DNA of 64,000 bases from Candidatus Dojkabacteria bacterium UBA2259 (lineage in GTDB: Bacteria; Patescibacteriota; Dojkabacteria; SC72). A model generated the notes under the pieces. That model did no database searches and had not been told where the DNA came from. It worked only from the letters and a program-made list of their open reading frames with translations. Within the stretch, counting starts at the first letter, position 1; the number at the start of each line of letters is the position of its first letter. A program made the translations under genes and the position numbers. Location of the stretch: NCBI GenBank assembly GCA_002347605.1, contig DDXN01000001.1, forward strand, positions 9,701 through 73,700, written 5' to 3'. Positions 30,531 to 41,003 of this stretch are shown here, piece after piece.

Positions 30531-31160
30531 TTAATCGTAAAAGTTTACATTCTCTATCTGATATATCCTTAATCCAAGAGAGTAATCAGTATTCCCTCGT
30601 TCATCAACATCACTGCTATATGAAATACTTTCGATAACTGGAAACATTGGTAATGCCTCTAAATCTTTAAGAAAACTTATTAGATTTATTCTATTCCCTG
30701 AAACTGATAATCTCACTGAGTATGGCTTTAAAGCTGATGTTTTTAATTCTGTTTCCGTTTTTTGTGATTTCTTCTGATCCGAAAATCCAATGGATTTAAG
30801 TACAAAATTATTTCTTGTTACAATCGCATCTATGTTTGCTAAAAACAAACTAAAATTCTGGGATGTAGGAAATATTAACGTTAAATTCTCAAATGTCTCT
30901 CTATTTTCCGTGTACTGTCCATCTAAACTTGTTAATGCTTCTAGTTTACTCTTGAGTGCAGATGATATTTGCTCTTTTTTCTTTATCTCAGAGTTAATAT
31001 TCTTCACTGTTTTAAACGTTGGAACCAGGGCAAACACAATTAATAGTATCGCCACTATATATGTTAAACCTGTGAAAATCATCTCTCTTTTCTTTCCTGT
31101 ACCACCTTTAACCATTTTCACATATTCAACTTTTCTTGCACTACTTTCTAATGTCCCCAT
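30531..31160 (-). CDS. PilO-like type IV pilus assembly protein
   Basis: Short cytoplasmic N-terminus, one TM, a coiled-coil, and a C-terminal alpha/beta domain. Immediately downstream of, and 1 nt from, the PilN-like gene. Confidence 0.45.
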   Translation of the reverse strand: MGTLESSARKVEYVKMVKGGTGKKREMIFTGLTYIVAILLIVFALVPTFKTVKNINSEIKKKEQISSALKSKLEALTSLDGQYTENRETFENLTLIFPTSQNFSLFLANIDAIVTRNNFVLKSIGFSDQKKSQKTETELKTSALKPYSVRLSVSGNRINLISFLKDLEALPMFPVIESISYSSDVDERGNTDYSLGLRIYQIENVNFYD

Positions 31161-31161
31161 A

Positions 31162-31719
31162 CTATTCTATTTCCTTAATAACAGTAAAATTAATAGATAC
31201 ATCATACTCATTCCCAACCTTGTCTATACTAACTCTCACATCACTATAATATGTATTATTCTTTAAAGAATCCTCATAGTCCCTTAATGCTTTGAAATCC
31301 GAAGTGGTTAGAGAAAGAGTTACTCTTTGACTACTAATTGAAATACTCTCAACATTCATTGTAAGAGGAATCCCATTTATAATCTCTGATATTAGGTTAG
31401 AATTAAGCTCTTGTCCCTCCTTAATAACTTTTATGTCACCCAAAAGAGTTTGGAGATTTTCATACTTAATAACATTCTTTTTCCATGTTTCGTTTTCAAG
31501 TACCTTTACCTGAGCATCAATCTTAGATGTTAAATCATTGTTTTTCCCATCATTTATTAATCTGAAAGCGAAAGCCCCCAGAACTATCGCTTGAACACCC
31601 ATTAACATCCATTTCCCAATAGTTGTAAGCCACGAAAAAGAGGTCTGTAAAACAGAATCTGTACTTCCTGCAGGTTCTAAGAAATTAATAGATTTTGTTT
31701 GATCTTTTGCTTTTAACAT
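31162..31719 (-). CDS. PilN-like type IV pilus assembly protein
   Basis: N-terminus contains SINFLEP, which resembles the conserved PilN INLLP PilM-binding motif. This is followed by one TM and a periplasmic coiled-coil/ferredoxin-like region. Confidence 0.5.
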   Translation of the reverse strand: MLKAKDQTKSINFLEPAGSTDSVLQTSFSWLTTIGKWMLMGVQAIVLGAFAFRLINDGKNNDLTSKIDAQVKVLENETWKKNVIKYENLQTLLGDIKVIKEGQELNSNLISEIINGIPLTMNVESISISSQRVTLSLTTSDFKALRDYEDSLKNNTYYSDVRVSIDKVGNEYDVSINFTVIKEIE

Positions 31720-31821
31720 TGGGCAGTATCTAGTATTACTATTACAGTATACAAAGCTTTATGAAAAGTTTCCATATGTTAGTACACAAAAACATATTCT
31801 GATATAATAAAAACTGTAAAT

Positions 31822-33561
31822 ATGAACAAATTTGAATCAAATAAAATCTTTGTAGGTGTCTCATGGCCATATGCTAGTGGTGAAATTCATCTTGGACATC
31901 TTGCTGGACAGAATATTGCCTGTGATGTTTTTGCTAGATACCATAGGTTAAAGGGCAATAGAGTCTTAATGGTATCAGGAAGTGATAGTCATGGAACACC
32001 AATACTTTACAAATCAGAAGAGCTGGGGATATCTCCGCAAGAGCTTGTAGAAACATCACATAAGAATATCTTAGATACTTTTAAGAAACTTTCCCTAATC
32101 TATGAGAACTACACCTCAACAACTACACAAAATCACAAAAAGGTTGTACAAAATATTTTTTTGGTACTTAAAGAATTGGGCTACCTGTATGTACAGAAAT
32201 CAGAACAGTACTATGATGAGAAAGTAAAAAGATTTCTACCTGATAGGTATGTAAGAGGAAAATGTCCAGAGTGTGGAGAAGAGAATGCAAGGGGAGATGA
32301 ATGCTCCAAGTGTGGTAAGTTCTTGTTCCCAAATGATTTAATTAATCCTTACAGTACACTCTCAGATACAAAACCTGTATTAAAAGAAACGGAGCACTTC
32401 TATCTCGATTTAAAGAAACTTGAACCACAGCTAAGGGTATGGATAGAAAAGAGCAGTGGAAACTGGAGGAAATGGGTTAGAGAGTTTTCTAAAGGATGGA
32501 TAAAAGAGGGATTAGAGCCAAGGGAGGTAACTAGAGATATGAAATTTGGAATACCTGTTCCAGTAGAAGGTTGGGATGAGAAAGTAATATATGTATGGAT
32601 TGAGGCTGTTGTAGGATATCTTTCTGCTGCCATAGAGTGGGCAGAAAATATTGGAGAACCAAGTAAGTGGGAAGAGTTTTGGAAAGACCCAAATTGCAAG
32701 CACTACTACTTTATAGCTGGGGGAAATGTACCTTTCCATACAATAATATGGCCTGCACAGTTACTTGCATACAGCGAGAAATACAGCAATGACCAGCTTT
32801 GGGCAAAATACAAATTACCCGGAGAAAGTAAAAGGGAGAAATTAAATCTCCCCTTTGATGTACCTGCAAACAAAATGTTACTTTCAAAAGGGAAAAAAAT
32901 GTCAAAAGAAGATGGTACTGGTACGTCTGTAAGCTCTTTGCTTGAAAAGTATAGTCCAGATTTAATTAGGTTTTTCTTTGTACGTAACGCTCCAGAAAAC
33001 CATGATAGGGAGTTTGAATGGAAAGACTTCATAAATTGCAATAATAACGAACTAGTTGGAAATATTGGGAATTTCATTAATAGAACACTTACATTCGTAA
33101 ATAGTAAATTTTCTAATACGGTTCCTAATGGAGTCTTAGATAGTGAAGTTAAACAGTGTATTGATACCACATTTAAAGAAATTGGAGGGTATTTAGAAAG
33201 TTGCGAGTTTGTTAAAGCAAGTGAATCCCTACTTAAATTTGGAGATTTCGCTAACAGGTACTTTAATGAAAAAGCCCCTTGGATATCATACAAAGAAAAT
33301 ATAAAAGATTGTGAAAATACAATATACAACTCAATCCAACTTGTGAATGCTTTTAGAATCCTGCTTAAACCATTTGTTCCTAATAGCTCTAAAACCCTCT
33401 CTAATATGCTGAATATAGGGGAGGAGTATGATCCAAATATTGATTTAGAGAAAACGGGAAAAGTAAGTAAGATAGAAAACCATTGGAGTTTCTTTCCCCT
33501 AGAGCTTGGCACAAAACTCAATACACCAAAGATCCTCTTTGAGAAGATACAAGAGGGTTAA
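31822..33561 (+). CDS. metG: Methionine--tRNA ligase
   Basis: HIGH motif (HLGHLAGQ), a CxxC...CxxC zinc knuckle (CPECGEEN...CSKCGK) and KMSKE. Confidence 0.92.
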   Translation: MNKFESNKIFVGVSWPYASGEIHLGHLAGQNIACDVFARYHRLKGNRVLMVSGSDSHGTPILYKSEELGISPQELVETSHKNILDTFKKLSLIYENYTSTTTQNHKKVVQNIFLVLKELGYLYVQKSEQYYDEKVKRFLPDRYVRGKCPECGEENARGDECSKCGKFLFPNDLINPYSTLSDTKPVLKETEHFYLDLKKLEPQLRVWIEKSSGNWRKWVREFSKGWIKEGLEPREVTRDMKFGIPVPVEGWDEKVIYVWIEAVVGYLSAAIEWAENIGEPSKWEEFWKDPNCKHYYFIAGGNVPFHTIIWPAQLLAYSEKYSNDQLWAKYKLPGESKREKLNLPFDVPANKMLLSKGKKMSKEDGTGTSVSSLLEKYSPDLIRFFFVRNAPENHDREFEWKDFINCNNNELVGNIGNFINRTLTFVNSKFSNTVPNGVLDSEVKQCIDTTFKEIGGYLESCEFVKASESLLKFGDFANRYFNEKAPWISYKENIKDCENTIYNSIQLVNAFRILLKPFVPNSSKTLSNMLNIGEEYDPNIDLEKTGKVSKIENHWSFFPLELGTKLNTPKILFEKIQEG

Positions 33562-33626
33562 TACTTTACAATTTTAATATCGCTAACTCTCTCCATCTCT
33601 TTCTTTTAAATATTTATCAGGTTGTA

Positions 33627-35864
33627 TTAAATTTGTTCACCCATTAATACCCCACTTGCAAGATTTAGTGATACTAACTCCTGCCATACGGATTCAGTAA
33701 CAAATGGTATAAAGGGATGCATAATCTTTAGATTCTGTTTAAGAATGTATAGCAGCTCGGACAGTTTTGATATCCTAACCTCAGACCCTATCTCTTCATT
33801 CTGAATCTCTGTTTTAATCTCCTCTATCCAGATATCACATAGCTGATGCCAAAAGAACTCTCTAATTGCTTCTGCTCCTAAATTAAATTGGTACCTCTCA
33901 AGATATTTAGAAACTGTTTTAACATGCTCCTCTGTTTTGGAAATCCTCTCTGTATCAGTACTAACTTCATACTTAGATATCTTCTCAATCTCGGTATCAT
34001 CAATATTCATTAGAATGAACCTACTAGCATTCCATATCTTGTTTACAAAATTCCTGTTCCCTTTAATCTTTTCTTCCCTAATTGGAGCGTTTGAACCAGG
34101 TAGCGCATCTGAATAGTACCAAAACCTAAGTGCATCTGCCCCATATTTCCCTATAATCTCACTAGGCTCTACACCGTTACCCTTAGACTTCGACATTTTG
34201 GTTCCATCTGCCGCAAGTATTATGCCATGCAAAAAGACGACTTCAAATGGAGTGTGTCCTGTTCTGTAAATACCCATCATTATCATTCTTGCAGACCACC
34301 AATAGAGGATATCTCTTGCATGAATCATCATTTGCGTAGGATAGTATGATTTGTAATCTTTACCATCTATGCCTCCTAAGGTGGAGTAAGGTAGTTGACT
34401 AGAACTAAACCAAGTATCAAACATATCAGTTTCAGCTTCCCAACTACCAGATTTGTCTGGTGCTTCCTCTCCCAGATAGATTTCTCCTGTTCCATTTACC
34501 TTGTTTTTTGTTTCTTTAATATAGTCATCGACACTTTTACCTTTGTTCTCCCTTAACCAATCATACAGATGTTTTCCTCCGCTATACCATACTGGTATTC
34601 TTTGTCCCCACCAAAGCTGTCTTGATATACACCAAGGCTGGATATTTTCAAAAAAATACTCTAAAGCCTTCTGTTGGCCAGAAGGTATCACATATATCTC
34701 TTTACTCTTTAATGCTTCTAACGCTCTTTTTGCTAATGGTTTTACATCAACATACCACTGGTTAGAAATAATGGGTTCTATGGGTGTTCGACATCTTTCA
34801 CATACCGCCACCTCATGTTTAATATTTTGAATATCTTCTAAAAGCCCTAATGCATCTAACTCTTCACACAGCTTTTTTGAGCAAGATAGGGTATCTAAAC
34901 CTTTAAATCTTTCAGGTATATCTCCAACCATTACCCCGTCCTCATTAATTACATTTACAATCTCTAAGTTATGCTTTTTACCTAATTCAAAATCTACTGG
35001 AGAGTGAGCCGGAGTAACTTTTACAGCACCAGTTCCTAGCTCCATATCAACATCTTTGTCTGAAATAATGGGGATCTCTTTGTTCTGGATAGGAAGTAAA
35101 ACATTTTTGCCAATATATTTTTTGTATCTATCATCCTCTGGATTAACTGCAACTGCACTGTCTCCAAGCATTGTTTCGGGTCGAGTGGTTGCTACCATGA
35201 TATATTCATCCTTACTACCAACTACTGGATACTTAATATATGCAAATATACCTCTCCTTTGCTCATACTCAGTATCAACATCTGCTAATGCTGTTTTACA
35301 GTTAGGACATTGGTTTACAATCCTTTTGTCTCTGTATACCAAACCCTCCTTAAACATTTTGTAGAATGTTTCGTAAACAATCTTTGTTAATTTGGGATCT
35401 AATGTAAAATACTCCCTTGAATAGTCAGCAGAAAGACCAATATTTTTTTCCTGTTGTCTAGCGTTCTCAGCATTTTTAAGACTAAATTCATAACACATAT
35501 CATAGAATTTTTCCCTACCTAACTCCCATTTATCTATACCTCTCTCCTTTAGAACTTTTGTAAACGATGTCTCTGTTTGAATACCTGCATGATCCTTCCC
35601 TGGAAGAAGTAGTGTAGGATGTCCTGTCATTCTCATATATCTTCCAATTGCATCATGGAAAGAGTAACCACACATATGACCAATATGTAAATTGGCATTT
35701 GCATTTGGAGGAGGTAGTGAAATTGTAAAAGGTTTTTTTATCTCATCTCCCCACTTCTTAAGATACTCTTTCATGCCCTCTGGACTAGCAAGTTTTGAAC
35801 TTTCCCAAAGAGAGTATATCTCTTTTTCTTTCTGTTGGAATGTTTTTGATATTTCTCTTTTCAT
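33627..35864 (-). CDS. valS: Valine--tRNA ligase (short form lacking long C-terminal coiled-coil)
   Basis: PPPNANANLHIGH (HIGH), editing-domain blocks, KMSKSKGN. 745 aa. Confidence 0.88.
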   Translation of the reverse strand: MKREISKTFQQKEKEIYSLWESSKLASPEGMKEYLKKWGDEIKKPFTISLPPPNANANLHIGHMCGYSFHDAIGRYMRMTGHPTLLLPGKDHAGIQTETSFTKVLKERGIDKWELGREKFYDMCYEFSLKNAENARQQEKNIGLSADYSREYFTLDPKLTKIVYETFYKMFKEGLVYRDKRIVNQCPNCKTALADVDTEYEQRRGIFAYIKYPVVGSKDEYIMVATTRPETMLGDSAVAVNPEDDRYKKYIGKNVLLPIQNKEIPIISDKDVDMELGTGAVKVTPAHSPVDFELGKKHNLEIVNVINEDGVMVGDIPERFKGLDTLSCSKKLCEELDALGLLEDIQNIKHEVAVCERCRTPIEPIISNQWYVDVKPLAKRALEALKSKEIYVIPSGQQKALEYFFENIQPWCISRQLWWGQRIPVWYSGGKHLYDWLRENKGKSVDDYIKETKNKVNGTGEIYLGEEAPDKSGSWEAETDMFDTWFSSSQLPYSTLGGIDGKDYKSYYPTQMMIHARDILYWWSARMIMMGIYRTGHTPFEVVFLHGIILAADGTKMSKSKGNGVEPSEIIGKYGADALRFWYYSDALPGSNAPIREEKIKGNRNFVNKIWNASRFILMNIDDTEIEKISKYEVSTDTERISKTEEHVKTVSKYLERYQFNLGAEAIREFFWHQLCDIWIEEIKTEIQNEEIGSEVRISKLSELLYILKQNLKIMHPFIPFVTESVWQELVSLNLASGVLMGEQI

Positions 35865-35945
35865 TCTTCTTCCTGTATTATATCAGCCTCTTTCAACTTA
35901 ATACACTTTTCAATATGTTTAAGAGTAATTTGATATAATTGGAGA

Positions 35946-37643
35946 ATGAACAATACAAAAACAAAATATTACAAGAATGACAACCTTAAGTTGTGCACCC
36001 TGTCAGGAACAAGTGAGATAGGTAGAAATTGTAACTTTCTTGAATACGGAGACGAAATCATCATAGTTGATTCTGGTTATTCATTTCCTGGGCAAGAGAT
36101 GTACGGCATTGATTACCTGATTCCAAATATTAAATATTTAAGAAAAAACAAAAAAAGAGTTAAAGCTATACTAATAACCCATGGGCATCTTGATCATACA
36201 GGAGCATTAAGATGGATATTACCTGACTTAGACTTCCCTCCAGTATATGCTGGAGCTTTTGCTAAGGCATTAATAGAAGAGAGACTAGAAGAATACGGTT
36301 TGAAGAGTAAAACTAAAATATTTGGAGTAACAAGGCATACAACTATAAATATTGGAAAGAGTTTTAGAGCTACCTTTATAGGGATTAATCATAGTATCCC
36401 AGATGCTTTTTCAATATTTGTACAAACCCCTAGGGGTAATGTTTTCTTTTCAGGAGATTACAAAATAGATACACAACCAACTAACGAACTTGAGGCTGAC
36501 TATGAAAAATTAAAATCCTTAAGAGGCCGTGTTGATTTAGCACTCATGGATAGTACAAACGCATCTAACACAGGAAAGTCTCCCTCTGAAACCGAGGTAT
36601 ACAGGAATTTAGAGAATGTAATTGCAAAGATAGAAGGTAGAGTCATAGTTGCTGCTTTTTCATCTCTTCTTACAAGGCTTTACTCACTCTTTGAAATCGC
36701 AAAAAGAACAAACAGAAAAATCGTAATATCTGGAAGAAGCCTAGACCAATCGATATCTATTGCAAGTAAACAGGGATATATAAAGATACCACAAGGATTA
36801 ATGATTAAAGAGAGAGATATCCCTAAGTACAAAGATAACGAGCTATTAATTCTTTGTACAGGTAGTCAAGGGGAGAGATTTGCTGCTCTAAACAGAATAT
36901 CCTTAAATGAGCATAAATATATTAAGATTAAAAGGGGAGATCTTGTTATCATGTCCTCTTCTGAGATACCTGAAAACGTTTCTAGTATTGAGCATATGAC
37001 AGACAGATTAATTGCATTAGGATCAGACTTAATTAAGGATACAATTGAAACAAAAATACACTCCACAGGACACGGAAATCAAGAAGATATGAAAATTATG
37101 CATGACCTTATCCAACCCAAAGCAGTAATGCCGATACACGGACCACTCACATTTAGATACTTTAATAAAAAGAATTATATTTCTTGGGGGATGAAAGAGG
37201 AGAATGTATATCTTACTAACGATGGTCAAATATGGGTATTTAATGGTAAGTATTGGACAAAAGATAAATCTATTGAATCCAAGCCAATCCTCATAGATGG
37301 ATTGGGTGTAGGAGATACTGGAGAGATTGTTTTAGGTGACAGGAAGCAACTTTCAGAGTATGGTATGTTCATAATTGTTCTTAATTTAAGTACAAAAACA
37401 CATAGGTTGCTTGGTCGACCACAATTTGTCTCTCGTGGATTCATATATATGAAAAAATCTCAAGAGTTACTCAAAGAAATTCAAACTATAATATATGATG
37501 TACACAAAGGGTGGGAAAATACTTCCAGATCAAAGAATAAATATGAATATGACGAGCTAAAATCCTTAATGGAGAAATCAATAGGGAAGTATATTTACAA
37601 AAAAACAGAAAGGGAGCCAATTATTCAAATAGTTGTTGTATAG
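35946..37643 (+). CDS. rnj: Ribonuclease J (metallo-beta-lactamase/beta-CASP)
   Basis: HGHLDHTGAL motif, beta-CASP region and a C-terminal domain. 565 aa, typical RNase J length. Confidence 0.9.
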   Translation: MNNTKTKYYKNDNLKLCTLSGTSEIGRNCNFLEYGDEIIIVDSGYSFPGQEMYGIDYLIPNIKYLRKNKKRVKAILITHGHLDHTGALRWILPDLDFPPVYAGAFAKALIEERLEEYGLKSKTKIFGVTRHTTINIGKSFRATFIGINHSIPDAFSIFVQTPRGNVFFSGDYKIDTQPTNELEADYEKLKSLRGRVDLALMDSTNASNTGKSPSETEVYRNLENVIAKIEGRVIVAAFSSLLTRLYSLFEIAKRTNRKIVISGRSLDQSISIASKQGYIKIPQGLMIKERDIPKYKDNELLILCTGSQGERFAALNRISLNEHKYIKIKRGDLVIMSSSEIPENVSSIEHMTDRLIALGSDLIKDTIETKIHSTGHGNQEDMKIMHDLIQPKAVMPIHGPLTFRYFNKKNYISWGMKEENVYLTNDGQIWVFNGKYWTKDKSIESKPILIDGLGVGDTGEIVLGDRKQLSEYGMFIIVLNLSTKTHRLLGRPQFVSRGFIYMKKSQELLKEIQTIIYDVHKGWENTSRSKNKYEYDELKSLMEKSIGKYIYKKTEREPIIQIVVV

Positions 37644-38930
37644 TTGAATAGGTTTAATGATATAATCTGGGGTATGATTAAACTGCCAAAGAAAAAATCA
37701 AAAAGAGGTACTCTGTTAGATGGAATAACTCCCATAGTTGCTTTGGACATTGGTACAGAGACTATTAAAAGTCTCCTTTTTACAATGGGAGAATATGGTG
37801 TATCTGTAAATAGAATATCCAGAATACAACAGCAACAGCATGCAATGAGAAGTGGAATTATCAAAAATCTTGATACGGTGCTCGAGAACTGCAAACTATC
37901 CATAAATCAACTACTTAGCAACCTGAAACCTGAAGAGTATCCCAAGAAGGTAATGATGGGTATAGCTGGAGAATATATACAAGGAGTCTCAATAGTCGTT
38001 AACTACGAGAGAGAAGAGCATTTTGAAAAAGAAGTAACTAAAAAAGAACAGGATAGGATTATAGGGGAAGTTAAATCTCAGATAGCTGTAAGTGGTAGAG
38101 AAGACTTAGGTCTTAGAACAGGTTTAAAGAATGAAGATATCGAAATACTACACATTACCCCAACTGGACTTGAGATAGGGGGTATGCCTGTAAACTCATT
38201 AATAGGGTATAAGGGTAGAGATGTTAGATTGAATTTCTACGCATCCTTTGCCCCTAAAACATATACTGAAGCTCTTAGGAAAGTTGCTTCTTCGCTCAAT
38301 TTTGATGTTTTAGAGATAGTATCTCAACCATTTGCAGTAGCTAGAGCACACTCTGGGGGTAAAAATACTAATTTCTCAGCAATCTTTATAGACGTTGGTG
38401 GTGGTACTACAGATGTTGCAATAGTAAAACATGGGAACGTTGCAGAAACGCAAATGTTTGCATTTGGAGGAAGAGCATTTACAAAAGAGTTGGCAAGATT
38501 AACAGATTCTGATTTTAGACATGCAGAGCAAAGAAAAATAAAGTACTCAGAAAAAGATTTACCAAAAGAAGTTATGAGACAGGTTCAAAAGACTATGTAT
38601 TCAACGGCAACACTTTGGATGAGAACATTAAAGGTTGCTTTGGAAAGCTGTGAAGATGTAGGACCTCTTCCAACACAGATATATCTTTGTGGTGGTGGTG
38701 CACTACTTCCTGATATTAAACAGTCTTTAATGGAATTCCCTTGGAAGAAGTATCTACCAATTGCTGTTGTTCCAAAAATTGATATGTTTACACCTAATCT
38801 GCTAGGCTCAGTTGTTGATAATAGTGGTGATTTGCAAAATCTTTACGATATTACTCCAGCATCTTTAGCAAAATTCTTGTATGATATGGAAATAGATAGG
38901 ACAACTAAGAATATAAATTGGGATGCATAA
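37644..38930 (+). CDS. Actin-like ATPase of the FtsA/PilM family
   Basis: IVALDIGTETIK (phosphate 1), FIDVGGGTTDVAIV (phosphate 2) and IYLCGGGALLPDI (adenosine) are actin-fold motifs. The sequence cannot distinguish FtsA from PilM. Confidence 0.75.
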   Translation: MNRFNDIIWGMIKLPKKKSKRGTLLDGITPIVALDIGTETIKSLLFTMGEYGVSVNRISRIQQQQHAMRSGIIKNLDTVLENCKLSINQLLSNLKPEEYPKKVMMGIAGEYIQGVSIVVNYEREEHFEKEVTKKEQDRIIGEVKSQIAVSGREDLGLRTGLKNEDIEILHITPTGLEIGGMPVNSLIGYKGRDVRLNFYASFAPKTYTEALRKVASSLNFDVLEIVSQPFAVARAHSGGKNTNFSAIFIDVGGGTTDVAIVKHGNVAETQMFAFGGRAFTKELARLTDSDFRHAEQRKIKYSEKDLPKEVMRQVQKTMYSTATLWMRTLKVALESCEDVGPLPTQIYLCGGGALLPDIKQSLMEFPWKKYLPIAVVPKIDMFTPNLLGSVVDNSGDLQNLYDITPASLAKFLYDMEIDRTTKNINWDA

Positions 38931-40789
38931 ATATGGAAGAAAAAATCTCTACAGCAAAAATCATAATAGATGAAAACAATGAAATTACAGACTTAGTGAG
39001 AGAAATTCACAAAAGTAAGGCAGAGAGAGTTGTGCTTACTTTTACAGAACAAACAGATATCTTAATTAGCCCTATTAATCTAAAAGTTCTACACGAAGCA
39101 GCCGAAAGAGAAGGGAAATTACTAATTGCTCAGATAATACAAAACCCAACAGGTATACGTAATTCAAAGTTAGCTGGTATTAAGACTATAGATACCCCTT
39201 CTAATCCAACAGAGTATGATTGGGAAGAGGCTTTTGAAATGATACAAGCTAAAAAGAAAGAGAAGCTTGAAAAAAAGAAACTCCTTGAAGAGTTGCCAAC
39301 AAAAGAAGATGAGAAGGAGATATTTGAAGAGAAAGTAGAAGATAGTATTGAAAAAGTAAAACCTCCTAAGGTAGAGACTACATCGCAGTATATAGATAAG
39401 AGGGGAGTTAAGCGTGCCACCCCCTTTATATCCATAGATGATGATATACCTCAAACTTTAGAGAGTAATCCTGTACAAGCCGGTATTTTGCCTGCTGTAG
39501 GTGCCATTCCTTTAAAAAAGAGGTTTAGAATTAATATATTTAAGAATCTTAAGAGTTCAATTAGGCCAAAAGTTGGTGAAACTGTTAGAGTAGGAAACAA
39601 AAAGAAGATACTTAAGATTTTACTCTTTACACTCGTTCCTTTAGTATTACTTTCTGCATTAGGTTTCTTCCTGTATAACAGGTATGCAACATTTGTAAAA
39701 GTAAGAGTGTTTGTAGAATCCAAACCTGTTGAAGTAGAAAATCTCCTCGTCGGTGATACGACTATTGAAGAGATTGATTTTGAGAGCTTAAAGATACCAA
39801 TAAAGATGGAGGAGAAAACGAAGAGTCTTTCTAATAGTATCACCGCTACTGGTAAAGCATATAGAGGAGAGAAGGCAAAAGGTACAATTGTAATTTTTTA
39901 CAATGGGGATTGTGATGGAGATACCCCAGATATTTCCCTTCCTGTTGGGCAAGCTGTTACTTCAAGTGGACTCTCATTCAAATTAATTAATAGCGTATCT
40001 TTTACATGTAGCGAGGCTTTCTCATCGGGTGTTCAGGTTGAAGCAGATACTTTTGGGGATGAATATAATATTGTGTCTGGTAAAAGTTTTTCAATTGATG
40101 GACACTCCCTTGATACTCTTTTTGCAAAAAGTACAAGTAATTTTACTGGTGGTACTAAAGAGGAATACACTGTTCTTTCTCAAACAGATGTAAATAATGG
40201 AGTTGAAGCTTTGAGTACTACTGCTATTGAAGAGGTTAAATCAGAGTTAAGAGAAATTGCTGGGGACTGGGAGATTATCGAAGACACTATTCGTAGTGAG
40301 GTAGACAAGACTACTATTGTAACAGACAAAAAGGTCGGTGTACAAGCAGATATTGTTAATTTAGATCTTACTATTAAGGGTAGTGCCACCTATTACAAAA
40401 CAACTGGTTTAGATGAAAAGCTTACACAACTTTTAGAAAATAAGGCTCAAGAGGAGAATCTTTTTGAAAGTAATAAAGATTTAGAGCTTGTCTTGGGTGA
40501 TGATATCCAAAAGAGTATTACTGTAGAAGAGAGTAAGAAGAGTGTAGTAAAGATAAAGATTGTAGCAAAGGCAACTATTAAACCTAAGGTAGATAAAGAC
40601 CAGCTACAGAACAAGTTAAAGGGTATGGAGTGGGATGAGGGAAAAACATATTTAAATACATTGAATTATGCACAGAGAAAACCTGAGGCTGTGTTTAATC
40701 CCTTAAACTATCCAGCTTTTTTACAGAGGTTCCCTGATAGAAGGGGAGGGGTCTTAGTGAGTATTGTTGAACTTGAGGCTGAGGAATAA
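38918..40789 (+). CDS. Hypothetical bitopic membrane protein (cytoplasmic N-domain, KE-rich linker, TM, ~370-aa extracytoplasmic domain)
   Basis: 623 aa. Overlaps the ftsA/pilM-like gene by 13 nt. TM KILLFTLVPLVLLSALGFFLY at about aa 225-245. No recognisable motif. Confidence 0.5.
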   Translation: MGCINMEEKISTAKIIIDENNEITDLVREIHKSKAERVVLTFTEQTDILISPINLKVLHEAAEREGKLLIAQIIQNPTGIRNSKLAGIKTIDTPSNPTEYDWEEAFEMIQAKKKEKLEKKKLLEELPTKEDEKEIFEEKVEDSIEKVKPPKVETTSQYIDKRGVKRATPFISIDDDIPQTLESNPVQAGILPAVGAIPLKKRFRINIFKNLKSSIRPKVGETVRVGNKKKILKILLFTLVPLVLLSALGFFLYNRYATFVKVRVFVESKPVEVENLLVGDTTIEEIDFESLKIPIKMEEKTKSLSNSITATGKAYRGEKAKGTIVIFYNGDCDGDTPDISLPVGQAVTSSGLSFKLINSVSFTCSEAFSSGVQVEADTFGDEYNIVSGKSFSIDGHSLDTLFAKSTSNFTGGTKEEYTVLSQTDVNNGVEALSTTAIEEVKSELREIAGDWEIIEDTIRSEVDKTTIVTDKKVGVQADIVNLDLTIKGSATYYKTTGLDEKLTQLLENKAQEENLFESNKDLELVLGDDIQKSITVEESKKSVVKIKIVAKATIKPKVDKDQLQNKLKGMEWDEGKTYLNTLNYAQRKPEAVFNPLNYPAFLQRFPDRRGGVLVSIVELEAEE

Positions 40790-40839
40790 TCCTTTATTTT
40801 AATCAAATTTATTGATAGAATTGCGTACTTATCTATTAT

Positions 40840-40916
40840 GTACCCGTAGCTTAATTGGATAGAGCAATTGCCTTCTAAGCAGTAGGTTGCCGGTTCGATT
40901 CCGGCCGGGTACACCA
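40840..40916 (+). tRNA. tRNA-Arg (anticodon TCT), CCA encoded
   Basis: Cloverleaf: acceptor GTACCCG/CGGGTAC, D-arm GCTTAATTGGATAGAGC, anticodon loop CTTCTAA, T-arm TGCCGGTTCGATTCCGGC, then ACCA. Confidence 0.85.
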
Positions 40917-41003
40917 GGAGAGATGCCTGAGCGGTCGAAAGGACACGCTTGGAGAGCGTGCGTATGAGAAATCGTACCGTGGGTTCGAATCCCACTCTCT
41001 CCG
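40917..41003 (+). tRNA. tRNA-Ser (anticodon GGA), long variable arm, no encoded CCA
   Basis: Acceptor GGAGAGA/TCTCTCC, anticodon stem CACGC/GCGTG with loop TTGGAGA, a 19-nt variable arm, and T-arm TGGGTTCGAATCCCAC. Starts immediately after the tRNA-Arg CCA. Confidence 0.85.

Noticed and set aside
40708-40995. 95-aa minus-strand ORF spanning both tRNA genes
   Set aside because: It overlaps tRNA-Arg and tRNA-Ser entirely and is a spurious ORF.
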